The notes beneath the pieces are model-generated. The model was not told where the DNA came from. It saw nothing but the letters and a program-made list of their open reading frames with translations, and ran no database searches. Source: a virus. From it: DNA of 64,000 bases. Of the stretch, positions 34,590-44,937 are shown piece by piece (position 1 is the first letter of the stretch; the number at the start of each line of letters is the position of its first letter). The stretch lies in the IMG/VR virus record IMGVR_UViG_3300045971_000277, positions 31,181-95,180 of that record, one strand, 5' to 3'. The translations under genes were made by a program, and so were the position numbers.

Positions 34590-35786
34590 ATGAGTAAACT
34601 TATTTTAATTGTGCTTCTTTTCGGTATCGCGCTGGCCGATCAAGGGCCGCCCGTATACCAAGCCACTGGAACCGTACCGGGTACCGGCATTGCCTGCGAC
34701 GGTAATCGGGTTCAGTTTGAAACTGCGACGGGTATTGGATGGGGTTGCGTTAGCGGAGCGTGGAAGAAGCTGAACGACCCCACCGCTAGCTTCTTACTAA
34801 ACTACTCCAATCCAGCGTATCCTAATGCTACGGCTGTATCTAGTTTAGCTACCGGGTTGCTACTGAATACTCAGTACATTGGCATAAGCAGCACTGTCGC
34901 ATTACCACTATCAGTAGCCAACGGTGGTACGGGCTCGACAACCGCAGGCGCTACGACTCAGGTATTGTTCAACGACGTTGGTGTGATTAACGGCGACGCG
35001 GGTCTTACTTACGACAAGACCAACGATACGCTAACCTTCGGGACCGCAAACGGCACGGACGCTGTAAAATTCACCACGGCTGGGGCCCGTCTTCGGCTGT
35101 CCTCGGGCGGCACAAGTGACTACCTGTACGGTGATGGAGCGTTTCGCCTCCTGACTCCTGGCATCCTCAAGCCGGCTCAGATTGAGTCCAATGCCGGGAC
35201 AGCCACCTTCCTGTTTCACGGGCTCTACGCCACTACGCCTTTCGTAACTCCCGTGTGGCAGTTCGACAATTCCTACTACGGGAGTGGAGTGTTATTCTCC
35301 ATCCTCGACGGCCCAAGCGGAAGTGGGACTACGAAGGTGGCCTATGAAATCAACACCAGCCGCACCGGGCCGGGCCCGATCCAACATACGTTTGGAGTCA
35401 CAAACAGCACTGCATCTATTCAAGCTAACGCTATTATAACTCAAGGTAGCACGGCGGGGACGGCCAAACTAACGCTAGACGAGGTGTTCTCGGGTCGACT
35501 TGAGGGTCGTGATGGTACCATAAACTACGCGCCTCTTATCGGTACCAGTTCAACAGCTGCGACATCCACTAGTCTCGTTACGCAGTTTTACAGGAGTGGC
35601 GACCTAAAGGTGTCAGTTTGCGCGGTATTCGCCGATGGACATACTTCATGTTCTGGGCCACTCGCTGCTGTGCCCAGCACAGCAACTACAGCGTGCACTG
35701 CTGGACAGATTGCTGCCGACGTGACTTATTTATATATCTGCTACGCTACCAACACATGGCGTCGTGTGGCTACCGCTACGTGGTAG
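34590..35786 (+). CDS. Secreted tail-fibre-like protein
   Basis: MSKLILIVLLFGIALA|DQG; LPLSVANGGTG and QVLFND.G...GDAGLTYDK fibre motifs; C-terminal AGQIAAD..YLYIC.ATNTWRRVA..TW motif; 6 Cys. Confidence 0.7.
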   Translation: MSKLILIVLLFGIALADQGPPVYQATGTVPGTGIACDGNRVQFETATGIGWGCVSGAWKKLNDPTASFLLNYSNPAYPNATAVSSLATGLLLNTQYIGISSTVALPLSVANGGTGSTTAGATTQVLFNDVGVINGDAGLTYDKTNDTLTFGTANGTDAVKFTTAGARLRLSSGGTSDYLYGDGAFRLLTPGILKPAQIESNAGTATFLFHGLYATTPFVTPVWQFDNSYYGSGVLFSILDGPSGSGTTKVAYEINTSRTGPGPIQHTFGVTNSTASIQANAIITQGSTAGTAKLTLDEVFSGRLEGRDGTINYAPLIGTSSTAATSTSLVTQFYRSGDLKVSVCAVFADGHTSCSGPLAAVPSTATTACTAGQIAADVTYLYICYATNTWRRVATATW

Positions 35787-35823
35787 GCGTGATTGGTATT
35801 ACTGATTCATGCCGTGTGTCTAT

Positions 35824-35864
35824 TATTATATAGCTTGAGTTATACCTATAGTTCTTACTATAGA
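35824..35864 (+). promoter_or_regulatory. Candidate late-promoter region for the sheath operon
   Basis: AT-rich gap with TATTATATA and ACCTATAG; both motifs recur upstream of the tail fibre gene (53714-53734). Confidence 0.35.
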
Positions 35865-35897
35865 GCCACGAAGACTTAATGTAAGGACGGAGACACC

Positions 35898-38471
35898 ATG
35901 GCATTTTCCATTGATTCGTATGTAGACCCGGGCACATATCAGCAAGAAGTGCTGGTCCCGGGGGCTGGTGCCATCACCAGTATCCCGTTCACCGCATGCT
36001 ATATCGGTGTAGCTAACCGTAATAAGCGTGTGCTGAACGAGGCTGTCATGCGCGGCCAGATTTCGGCCGAAGATGTCGTATTTGCCGGTACTCCTAAGGT
36101 CGACTATCTAGCCAGCTTGGCTCTTCGTCGATACAGCTTGGTGTCAGTAACCCAAGACGGCACTGCTCTAGTAGGTGGAACCGACTGGACCTTCGTGGCC
36201 CCGTTTGTTTCGTCCACCTACACTACGGGCGACCTAGCCACACTTAACGCTATCACGCTTTCGCTCGATGGTAAGCTTCCCATCACGGCTAAGCTATCGA
36301 ACAATGTAGCTGGTTCTGGCTACACCGTGTCGCTCGTCGCTGGCCACACCAACCGATTCAGCGTTGTAATCAACGGCACAGCCAACATGACCGCCATCAC
36401 TGGGGTCCAGCTGGCTGGCGCGATCAATGCAATGTTGAATTTTGCTGATGCTACTGCGCTCAGCACTACGGCTGCACTTGCTTACGGCCCCACCTATAAC
36501 TCGGCCGCAGCCTATGCCAGCACGACTCTTACGATCACCTCGGTTGAGCAGACTGGGTCGGAAGACGTTGTGATCCTCGATGGCCCGCTCTCGACCGAAG
36601 ACATGGTATTTGCTGGCGTACCGAAGCTGGTGTTCACTTCAACCGTGCTGGCCGATTCTTATGGCGCCCTGCATGCTAGGACTCAGCTTAAGCTGAACTC
36701 GACATACTTGGCCACTGCCGCATACAAGGCCACGTATGTAGCAACAAACTCATCTACCGACGCGTTAGTTAACGCCACAATCCAACGCTTCATCCGTGTT
36801 GGTAGCTACGCTGGCGTGACTTCATTTACTAGCGGCGTTGACTATACTAACGGCAGCACCAATATCGCGTGGTCTGGCGCGTGGACTTCTGCTGTCGTGA
36901 CTGGCGTCGCTGGCATGGAAGTTGGTGCCACTTTCAACGTTAGTGTTAATAATACGCTGCAGGTGGCGGTCGACGGCAAGGCAGCGATTGCTGTCACCCT
37001 ATCTGGTATGGCTAACCCGCCCGTTGGCGGGCCGAACCCGGCCACACCGGCTTTGGCTACGGCGACTGAAATCGCCGCCATCATCAATGGCACGCTAGCA
37101 GCGAGCCAGACGTATGGTCCGAAGTATAACGGTGTCGCCACGGTATCGTCAGGCAAGATCGTCCTGACGAGCCCGACCGGCGGTGCAGCTGGACAGGTTG
37201 AGCTAACTGCCCCGACTTCTCTGTCGGCCGTTCTGACCGTGTTCGGTCTGACTTCGACTCAGCTGCCGTACACGGTGCGCGGCGTTGGTACTGCCCCGGC
37301 TGCTGCCTCCTTGTACTACGCCACGTACGAATACACCCGTCCGTTAACCGATTACAACACCCCGAAGCAGTACTTCAGCGTCGATGCGGCCCGTACCGAC
37401 CTTGGCTACGAGACTGCGACGAACCAGCTGATGCTGGCGGCCAGCTTAGCCTTCAAGAACGGCGCCCCGTCGATCTTCACGATTCAGGTTAACGACGCTA
37501 CTGCAACTGGGTCGGCGACACTGACTGAAATGGAGACTGCGTTGTCGCATGCAGGTGACAAGTCTGCCATTACTGAAGTCGTTTGCCTCGACACCCGCAC
37601 ACAGATTGCGGTTGACGTCGTCTCGCACGTGACCGCTCAGTGTGGCCCCGTAATCCAGCAGCCGCGCCGTGGATGGTTCGGCATGGCTCGTGGTACTGCG
37701 GTTGGTGACAAGGATACCGCCGGTACCCTACGCTACATGGCCGCTCATACCCTACAGGTTCCGGCTGACTCTCCGGCCCGTGGCCGTAGCTTCCTGATGG
37801 GCCCGACTACGGCGAGCGTCACCGTGACGCTGGAAGATGGTACGTCGACCCGCGTCCTCCTCGATGGCTCCTACATCGCGGCTGCAGCTGCCGCGATGTT
37901 TACAGCCCGCCCGTCCGTCGCGGCTTCTATGATGACGGTCGCGATGACCGGCTTCAACATCGACGACTTCGGTACTTACCTGCCGGTCGAGCGGCGTTTG
38001 CTGGCCGACGGCGGCGTTTGCGTCGTGACGAACGATGGCGGGCGTCTGGTCCTCCTCGATCCGATCTCGACTGAGCGTGCCGGTGGTCGTCTGCCGCAGT
38101 TCGAAGAGCCTTCTTCGTCCTCGCAGAAGGACAACATTAGCGCCAACGTTACGGCCCAGCTGAATTCTGGCGCCCGTGGCATCGTCCCGTCCGATCTGTC
38201 GGACTTCATCTTCACCTTGAAGGCCATCATTGGTGGCGTGCTTGAGCAGGCAGTTGCATCCGGCTCAATCGGTCCGTTCCGTGATGCTACCGGCCGTACT
38301 CGTGCTATCAACTACGCCACTGATATCCAGGTGTTCCAGAGCAAGTCGGATCCACGTAAGTACACGTTCCGCTACTTCTTCATGCTCCGCTACCCGGCCA
38401 AATGGTTCTTTGGCGAGTGGTCCGTAGATAACCCTTTCTTCTCATCTAAGTCGTCTAGCCTCATCGCTTAA
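35898..38471 (+). CDS. Contractile tail sheath protein
   Basis: N-terminal YVDPGTYQQEV (sheath PG.Y motif); 857 aa with insertion domains; typical sheath C-terminus; followed by the tube gene. Confidence 0.88.
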   Translation: MAFSIDSYVDPGTYQQEVLVPGAGAITSIPFTACYIGVANRNKRVLNEAVMRGQISAEDVVFAGTPKVDYLASLALRRYSLVSVTQDGTALVGGTDWTFVAPFVSSTYTTGDLATLNAITLSLDGKLPITAKLSNNVAGSGYTVSLVAGHTNRFSVVINGTANMTAITGVQLAGAINAMLNFADATALSTTAALAYGPTYNSAAAYASTTLTITSVEQTGSEDVVILDGPLSTEDMVFAGVPKLVFTSTVLADSYGALHARTQLKLNSTYLATAAYKATYVATNSSTDALVNATIQRFIRVGSYAGVTSFTSGVDYTNGSTNIAWSGAWTSAVVTGVAGMEVGATFNVSVNNTLQVAVDGKAAIAVTLSGMANPPVGGPNPATPALATATEIAAIINGTLAASQTYGPKYNGVATVSSGKIVLTSPTGGAAGQVELTAPTSLSAVLTVFGLTSTQLPYTVRGVGTAPAAASLYYATYEYTRPLTDYNTPKQYFSVDAARTDLGYETATNQLMLAASLAFKNGAPSIFTIQVNDATATGSATLTEMETALSHAGDKSAITEVVCLDTRTQIAVDVVSHVTAQCGPVIQQPRRGWFGMARGTAVGDKDTAGTLRYMAAHTLQVPADSPARGRSFLMGPTTASVTVTLEDGTSTRVLLDGSYIAAAAAAMFTARPSVAASMMTVAMTGFNIDDFGTYLPVERRLLADGGVCVVTNDGGRLVLLDPISTERAGGRLPQFEEPSSSSQKDNISANVTAQLNSGARGIVPSDLSDFIFTLKAIIGGVLEQAVASGSIGPFRDATGRTRAINYATDIQVFQSKSDPRKYTFRYFFMLRYPAKWFFGEWSVDNPFFSSKSSSLIA

Positions 38472-38482
38472 TAGGAGCTAAT

Positions 38483-38938
38483 ATGGCTACTAACCCGCCC
38501 ATCACTACAGCTAGGACTTCACACGCCATTACGATCAAGACCGATAAGGGCATCACGATCGGTCTGGTCAAGCAGTGGAATCCGAGCCAGAACCGCGCGA
38601 TCACGCCGATCTATGAGCTAAACGTCGAGACGTCCGGTGATCCGCTCGAGAACATCCCGGGTAACGTGCAGAACCTTAAGATTAAGGTGACGCGGTACGA
38701 CCTGTTTACGACCAAAATGGAAGAGGCGTTTGGCACAGCAGAACTCGTCTTCCTATCGGATCAGGACCGCCCATTTTCTGTCCAAGAGACTTGGCGGAAG
38801 CCGGACGGGACGACTGAAGGTTGGCAGTACACTGGCTGCTGGTTTGAGTCGATTGGCCGTAACCTCCAGTCCGATGACACCCGCATGGTATTGGTCGACG
38901 CCTCACTCGCCTACGTACGTCGGATTAAGCTGAGCTAG
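38483..38938 (+). CDS. Tail tube protein
   Basis: 151 aa after the sheath; IG.VKQWNP...I.PIYEL...IPG, F.VQETW...W.YTGCWFES pattern of myovirus tube proteins. Confidence 0.85.
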   Translation: MATNPPITTARTSHAITIKTDKGITIGLVKQWNPSQNRAITPIYELNVETSGDPLENIPGNVQNLKIKVTRYDLFTTKMEEAFGTAELVFLSDQDRPFSVQETWRKPDGTTEGWQYTGCWFESIGRNLQSDDTRMVLVDASLAYVRRIKLS

Positions 38939-38970
38939 TGTAGAAGTAGTGTAGTTGCAACTCTAACCCG

Positions 38971-38982
38971 GGGCTTCGGCCC
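38971..38982 (+). promoter_or_regulatory. cUUCGg tetraloop hairpin abutting the RBS of the tail chaperone gene
   Basis: GGGC-TTCG-GCCC immediately followed by AGGAGG (38983-38988). Confidence 0.55.
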
Positions 38983-38994
38983 AGGAGGCAAATC

Positions 38995-39477
38995 ATGGCT
39001 GACACGAAACCCGCAGATCTGCGTGCGAAGCGGCATAAGTTACTCGCGGACTTTACGGATGAAGTTAAGGTTGGGTTCATCGAAGATACATATGAAGTGC
39101 GTGGGCATAAGTGGCTAATCCGCACCCCAACCGAAGATGAAACCTGTTGGGCCGACCGATACATCCAGAGTTCGTCCCCGATTGCCTTCGTAAGCTCCCG
39201 TAGGGCTCCGAAGCTGGCCGTTGGCATTAAGGCCCTCGATGGCGTCCCAACGTCCGAATTGTTCCAGTATCCGACCGATATGGAAGATTCGGTCCGCACT
39301 GCATTGGACCAAGATAAGGCCCAGAAGCAGTACTGGCTCTACAGCCAGATGCTGACGTATCTGGTCGAGTCCGTGCCGACTCCGGTCGTTGAAGAGCTAT
39401 ATGCGAAGTACGAGGAGCTAGTCAAGCGGCAGTATAAGGCGCTTGAAGAGGCGGCTCGACCCGGCCCAAACTCCTAG
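38995..39477 (+). CDS. Tail assembly chaperone (G-like)
   Basis: Between tube and tape measure; ends with a slippery heptamer. Confidence 0.75.
   Translation: MADTKPADLRAKRHKLLADFTDEVKVGFIEDTYEVRGHKWLIRTPTEDETCWADRYIQSSSPIAFVSSRRAPKLAVGIKALDGVPTSELFQYPTDMEDSVRTALDQDKAQKQYWLYSQMLTYLVESVPTPVVEELYAKYEELVKRQYKALEEAARPGPNS
39465..39471 (+). other. Programmed -1 ribosomal frameshift site C CCA AAC
   Basis: Codons ggc-CCA-AAC-tcc-tag; the -1 frame CCC AAA CTC CTA GAC... is open and continuous with ORF 39498-40016. Confidence 0.75.
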
Positions 39478-39497
39478 ACGAGGACCCGAAATGGGAT

Positions 39498-40016
39498 ATG
39501 CGGGCGTTTATCGCGGCTCGCAAGGGGCTCCTCGTTTCCGATCCCAGCTTACTCAACCTGACTCGTTCACAGCTGTGGATGGAGTATATGGTTGAGCGTA
39601 GGCTGGAGAAGAGTGAGCGTGAGTTCCACGTAAAGTCGCTCCGCGTCACCCTGATCGATATACTAGGGTTGGACCTAAAGGAGCGGTACGAGGCCAATCG
39701 GGACGACCGCAAGGTTGACCCCGAAGCCTATGTCCCATTTATTCTGGTTGGTGGCAACCACCACCTGATGCAGGCGTACCTCAAGGACATACAGGGTGAG
39801 TCCGAGGATAAGACGGGCGAGTCCAAGGTGGCGGATTCCGACTTCGAAGAACAAGCTCAACGTCTGCTGGCCGACATGGAGCCGATCGAAGGCAATCCAT
39901 TCGTCAGTATGTCACCGACCGACATCATTAATGCCAAGCAGGCTGAGGCCCTAGGCGTACGGGATTCGGATGAATTCCCGATACCCGGCGACCACGTTAT
40001 TATTGAACCGGGATAA
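39498..40016 (+). CDS. Tail assembly chaperone T segment (probably expressed as a G-T frameshift fusion)
   Basis: -1 frame relative to 38995, open from the slippery site; lies directly before the tape measure gene. Confidence 0.65.
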   Translation: MRAFIAARKGLLVSDPSLLNLTRSQLWMEYMVERRLEKSEREFHVKSLRVTLIDILGLDLKERYEANRDDRKVDPEAYVPFILVGGNHHLMQAYLKDIQGESEDKTGESKVADSDFEEQAQRLLADMEPIEGNPFVSMSPTDIINAKQAEALGVRDSDEFPIPGDHVIIEPG

Positions 40017-40019
40017 ACT

Positions 40020-42197
40020 ATGGCGGATCCGACAGCCGGACAAAGTATTCATGACGCGACGCAATCTGCGATCGACCTTGATGGCCTCATGGAGGAAATT
40101 GAGGCATCAACGAAGAGTATTGCGGAAACGTTCAAGTCAATTGACCTGAGTAATATCAAGACGTTTACGCAAGAAATTAATGCGGCCACTAAAGAATGGG
40201 TCGATAACGTAAAGCAGATTAGCTCTGAATTCCGCAAAGAACTCGAGACCTTATCCCTACTGAGCCAAGACCAGCAGCAGCTGCAGATCGCCGGTTTGCT
40301 GGCAAACCAGCAAAAGTCCGTATATTCGCATTATTCTAAACAAGAAGTTGAAAATCTTGAGCATGAGCTTAGGCTATCTGAATCTTTATTCACTTCAATG
40401 CAGAAGCGAATGGAGCACTGGAACCAGCAGCTAGACTCGATTGCACCGAAGACTCGTGCCGCATACAAGACGATGGACGAGGGTGCTCGCCATCTATCGA
40501 CGCCTGCAGCGGTCCCGGGCCAGTTACTCAACGCGATGCCGGGCGCAGGTATTCTGTCGTTCCTCATCATGGGCATGTCAGCGAACGAGAAGTGGCGTTC
40601 GATGACGGAGCAGGCCGTCCAGCAGTTTGACCGGGTCGGCGGCGGTGGCAAGAAGTTCTTTGGCGAGATGCAGGGTCACATTGAGCGCCTATCGAACGAC
40701 CTGACGGGCGGTGCACAGACGCTGGTGGCAATCAACTCAGCGTTCGCCGCGACCGGCGTCTCGGCCAAGCAAGCATGGGGCCGCGAAGGCCTGACTGGAG
40801 ACATCGGACGGGTTGGGCGCAGCCTAGCTGAAGTATCGATGAAGTTTGACTTCCTCACGGAACAGGCGCCGGGTACCACGGCACACCTCATCGGAACCGC
40901 GTACGGCCAGCTCGGCAGCTCTATGGAGTCTGCTACATCTGCCATTGTCACCTATGGTATGGCGGCGCGGTCGGCTGGCTTAGATCAGGTCGGGTTTGTC
41001 AACTCGGTCGTCCAGAACGCACAGGCGCTGAAGCTATATGGGATCCAGATCGACGCGGTAGCCGCTGCTACGCTGCGTGTCGTTGACGCTAACAAAGCTG
41101 CTGGTATGGGCAGCGCATACGCACTTGAGGTCGGCAAGGCTGGCATCGGGCAGGTTACGAGCGGGCTGGCCGGGATCACACCGGGCTTCGCCGCCGTCAT
41201 TGGTCAGCAAGTTGCGGGCGCACTAGACGCTAAGGGCGCGCTGTCGTCCAATAATGAGTATAATAAGTGGACCGCCAACGGTTCTAGCTTTGGTATTATG
41301 ATGGAAATGCGCCAAGGATTCCGTAACGCGCCAGAAAATGAGCGCGGCGGATTCATGGGCGAATCCATATCGGCCATATACAAGCAAGCGATGCAGGCTG
41401 CAGGCAACTCGCTACCAGAAGCCCAGTTCTTCCTTGAAAAGATGGGATTTGGCATGGAAGGGTCCCGTACGATTCTTCAGATCGGTAACGATATGAAGCG
41501 AGATGGCCGTAGCCAGATGACTAAGGAGGAGCAGAAGACACTAGATTCCGCAACAGCGTCTGAAGCACAAAAGACCAGCAGCATGGACCGCTCGCTCCAG
41601 TACCTCGTCACCGCCGTCGGCCAAGTCGCAGTTGGCCTACTTGGTATGATCCTATCTGGCATCAAGATCATGATCGATATATTGCGGATTAGCGTGAGCG
41701 CCTTGACCGGCGAATCCGTTACTGGCCCCGGTGGGCTGCTAGACTCGCTTAGGAATGACTTTAAGGTAATGGGCAGGAGTGGTGACTTCGTTAATCGTGG
41801 ATTCAGCAACCTTAAGACTTCTGGCGAAAACTTTATCGACGCTGTCCCGTTTACCGATTTGTGGCGGCGCGGCATTAATGAACGTGAGTCATCTGGTGGT
41901 CCGAATGCCACGCCATTCTCTACCGTCACGCAGAAACAGCTAGCTGTATTGAAGGCTCAAGCGAAGCGTGACAAAGAAGACATCGGCCAGCATTTACGTA
42001 ATATGTCTGAATCAGACGCTGATGCCGCCGGAATCAGTCTTGGTCAACGGTGGAACTACAAAGAACTATTGGGCAGACAGAGTAACCAAGACATAGCAGC
42101 TGAGCAGAACCGCGATGGTACCTATACGCTGAAGATTGTACTTAAGCCAAAGACTGGGTCGGCACACGCCAACGCCAGGACCAAAAAGAGCCCATAA
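40020..42197 (+). CDS. Tape measure protein
   Basis: 725 aa Ala/Gly-rich helical protein after the chaperone pair. Confidence 0.75.
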   Translation: MADPTAGQSIHDATQSAIDLDGLMEEIEASTKSIAETFKSIDLSNIKTFTQEINAATKEWVDNVKQISSEFRKELETLSLLSQDQQQLQIAGLLANQQKSVYSHYSKQEVENLEHELRLSESLFTSMQKRMEHWNQQLDSIAPKTRAAYKTMDEGARHLSTPAAVPGQLLNAMPGAGILSFLIMGMSANEKWRSMTEQAVQQFDRVGGGGKKFFGEMQGHIERLSNDLTGGAQTLVAINSAFAATGVSAKQAWGREGLTGDIGRVGRSLAEVSMKFDFLTEQAPGTTAHLIGTAYGQLGSSMESATSAIVTYGMAARSAGLDQVGFVNSVVQNAQALKLYGIQIDAVAAATLRVVDANKAAGMGSAYALEVGKAGIGQVTSGLAGITPGFAAVIGQQVAGALDAKGALSSNNEYNKWTANGSSFGIMMEMRQGFRNAPENERGGFMGESISAIYKQAMQAAGNSLPEAQFFLEKMGFGMEGSRTILQIGNDMKRDGRSQMTKEEQKTLDSATASEAQKTSSMDRSLQYLVTAVGQVAVGLLGMILSGIKIMIDILRISVSALTGESVTGPGGLLDSLRNDFKVMGRSGDFVNRGFSNLKTSGENFIDAVPFTDLWRRGINERESSGGPNATPFSTVTQKQLAVLKAQAKRDKEDIGQHLRNMSESDADAAGISLGQRWNYKELLGRQSNQDIAAEQNRDGTYTLKIVLKPKTGSAHANARTKKSP

Positions 42198-42877
42198 TGG
42201 CAGACATTAATATCAGCGATGCCATCTATGGCAAATTATTCGGGCCAGAGTTCGACACGAGCGGAGTCGTTCAACGTAGAGGCCGTCCGTTCGTGTTCAC
42301 TAGCGATTACATGATGCAGCAAGCGCTTGGCGGGCCTGCACAAGGTGTGGTCGACGCCATAGTGGATCAGGGCACGGTTGATACACCAACGTCGGTTAAG
42401 ACTGCCGTGATATCGATGGCGGTAAACCCCAATAGTATTAAGTGGTCTCAGGCTAAGCGTATTACAAGGAAGGACACGATACAGGGCGCAACATTCTTCC
42501 ATTTCTCCGACCGCAACGGCCAGAACAACGATATCCTGACGTTGGACTTTAGTGGTCAAACCGGCAGCATCTGGGGCCGCGATCCGGCTAATAAGCAAAA
42601 GCTGGTTATTTGGCATATGCTGTATCGTATGTCACGTGAACCAATGCACTATAGTGTTGTTAACGATGCTGGTGTTACTACACGGTACGCAAATAAGCAG
42701 TACATTTACTATCAAACCACCCTATTTCCAACCCAGATACAATTCACTGGCTTCTTTAGCCGGGTATTAGAGTTTGAGGAGACTGCAGACGATCCATTTA
42801 ATCGTCGCTACACGATGGGGTTTACTGTGACCGGTGTTAATCCTCCGCTCGATGATATTGTCAGTACACTATTATAA
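42197..42877 (+). CDS. Baseplate/tube initiator protein
   Basis: M.VNP.SI..SQ.KRI...T..G....H.....LT..FSG.TG...F.GFF...F.E.A..PF...Y...FTV tube-fold-like pattern; TAATG coupling. Confidence 0.6.
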   Translation: MADINISDAIYGKLFGPEFDTSGVVQRRGRPFVFTSDYMMQQALGGPAQGVVDAIVDQGTVDTPTSVKTAVISMAVNPNSIKWSQAKRITRKDTIQGATFFHFSDRNGQNNDILTLDFSGQTGSIWGRDPANKQKLVIWHMLYRMSREPMHYSVVNDAGVTTRYANKQYIYYQTTLFPTQIQFTGFFSRVLEFEETADDPFNRRYTMGFTVTGVNPPLDDIVSTLL

Positions 42878-44937
42878 TGGCGACGAATGACTCAAACTAT
42901 GTAATCAAACAGGCGTTCCCTGCCTATCGCGTTTTTATATTCGGCAAGGAAGTGACAGACGATGTTATCTCGGTCGATACTAGCTGGCATGACGGCCCGA
43001 CGCCGAGCACCTGTACCATTACACTGGTGTCACCAGAAGATAAGTATACGATCACGCATGAAGACATCGTACGAATTGTAACGCAGCGCAGTGGTACAGA
43101 TGGGGCGGCTTCGACGGTTGATAAATCTCTAAAGTCAGCCGTTAACTCAATCTCGACCGGCGCCGCAGCGCTTGATGTAGAAAATACTAAGTGGGATAAG
43201 TCAACCGGCGTCATCGCGGCTAAGCTAGCCTGTCCAATGGTGTCGATGCCGCCAGATAGTATTAACCAATTAGCTAATGGCGCGCCGCAATCAGAAGATT
43301 TTATCGACCGCTTCCCATTTCAATCTGGCAAGCCTATATTCCATCCAATGGACCCGGTTCGCGTGGCCTTCCGCGACCCATTTGATCCAGCTACATGGTA
43401 TTGGATGTTCTCTGGCTTCGTGAGCGATTTTAATAACTCATTTGGCGCAAACCAAGATAAGACGTTGATGATTGTGGCGGAGAGCCCGGCTAAGTTACTA
43501 CGCTACGCTAGATTTACCGCTAACTCTGGTATTGTTGATATAAGTAAGTTACTGGTACGCACTGCGATTGTGGCTGACATCGCGACTAAGTCAGCCTATG
43601 CCAACCTGTTCGTTGATATGTCACTGCAACAGGTATTCTACGCCCTAATATTTGGTGTCGAGGCGCTTAGCAAAGATCAGATCCAAAAAGCAGGGCTTAA
43701 TTTGGACCTAAGCCAGTCTACCGTTACTGAACTCTTGTCGTGCGCTAACGGCTCAGCCTACGTAACAAAGCCAGTCGGCGGTGTCGGCCACCCCGATATG
43801 GCTGGAAGCCGTATATTCATCTATGGGCCACAGGATGAGATTAATAACGCGCTGTCGGAAGGTGAAGCGTTCCCGCCGAATATTCCGATCAATAGAGCCC
43901 CGATTACACTAGACCAATATCAAAGTATTATCAGCCATAAAGTCGTCTATTCGGATGTAGACGACATGAAGAACAGCGAGGCCAGTAGCATATCTGGCGC
44001 GCAACCTCAACCAGCATTTACCATCGATGATGTTATTACAATCGTTGGAAGCAGACCCGACCTGTACCCGGTCGACGGTGGCCGCTTGTTTATCATGCTG
44101 CCGTCGAGCATCGGTACGAATCAGCGGGCCGTAATTACGCGTGATTTTATGAGCGGAAGCTTTGCGCTCAATACAGAATGGGGCACGCGGTCTGAAGTTT
44201 TACATGAAATCGTGCAGCGGGCCGAATTCGTATTCTATGTGTCGCCGCGTGGCGACTGGATTGTTGAATTCCCAATGTATGACTTCTCGCCATCCGACTA
44301 CGGCAGCCATGAAGCTGACTTCACCGTGCTACTAGAAGACACCTGCAGCGTAAACGATTCGTTTAGTGACTCTAAAGTATATACACAAGCTGTAACGTCA
44401 GTGACACCGATTTCAGGGTATGATTCATTTACTAATGTCGGCCGCGAAATCGGACAGCAGGGTGTCGTCACTCTGTGGCATCTTATACCATTCTATGGCG
44501 TCCGTAACGCACCAATAACGGCGCGCGGCTACATATCAACAAAGGAAGCCTCAGTACTGTATTCGCACATTGCTCTTAACCGACTCAACGCGGATGCTCA
44601 TACGCAAGGTGTTAGTATGAACCCACGCGCGCAGGCGTGGCTAAACCGCCCGATGCTAATGCACGCATGCGATCACATCGGTACGGTTAAGAGTATCACG
44701 AACAATATAACATGGGGCGCAAGCGGCACATGTGATACTAGTGTTACGCTAAATGCACTACGTGGGTGGGACGGCGAGACTGAAACCGTAGGTAATGTAG
44801 TACAGAAGGTATACACGACGATTGGCGGGCGCGGGTCTAGGCCACTCAACTACAAAATGCTATTAGATCCACCGCCAAAGCTATCGCCACCAATTAAGGG
44901 CAAGTTGTTATCTAGCGGGCTTAGGAGTAGCCACTAA
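42877..44937 (+). CDS. Baseplate hub protein (gp27-like)
   Basis: 686 aa in the hub position; YRVFIFG.EV, PMD.VR, FSGFV, EFYV..RGD..VEFP segments. Confidence 0.6.
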   Translation: MATNDSNYVIKQAFPAYRVFIFGKEVTDDVISVDTSWHDGPTPSTCTITLVSPEDKYTITHEDIVRIVTQRSGTDGAASTVDKSLKSAVNSISTGAAALDVENTKWDKSTGVIAAKLACPMVSMPPDSINQLANGAPQSEDFIDRFPFQSGKPIFHPMDPVRVAFRDPFDPATWYWMFSGFVSDFNNSFGANQDKTLMIVAESPAKLLRYARFTANSGIVDISKLLVRTAIVADIATKSAYANLFVDMSLQQVFYALIFGVEALSKDQIQKAGLNLDLSQSTVTELLSCANGSAYVTKPVGGVGHPDMAGSRIFIYGPQDEINNALSEGEAFPPNIPINRAPITLDQYQSIISHKVVYSDVDDMKNSEASSISGAQPQPAFTIDDVITIVGSRPDLYPVDGGRLFIMLPSSIGTNQRAVITRDFMSGSFALNTEWGTRSEVLHEIVQRAEFVFYVSPRGDWIVEFPMYDFSPSDYGSHEADFTVLLEDTCSVNDSFSDSKVYTQAVTSVTPISGYDSFTNVGREIGQQGVVTLWHLIPFYGVRNAPITARGYISTKEASVLYSHIALNRLNADAHTQGVSMNPRAQAWLNRPMLMHACDHIGTVKSITNNITWGASGTCDTSVTLNALRGWDGETETVGNVVQKVYTTIGGRGSRPLNYKMLLDPPPKLSPPIKGKLLSSGLRSSH

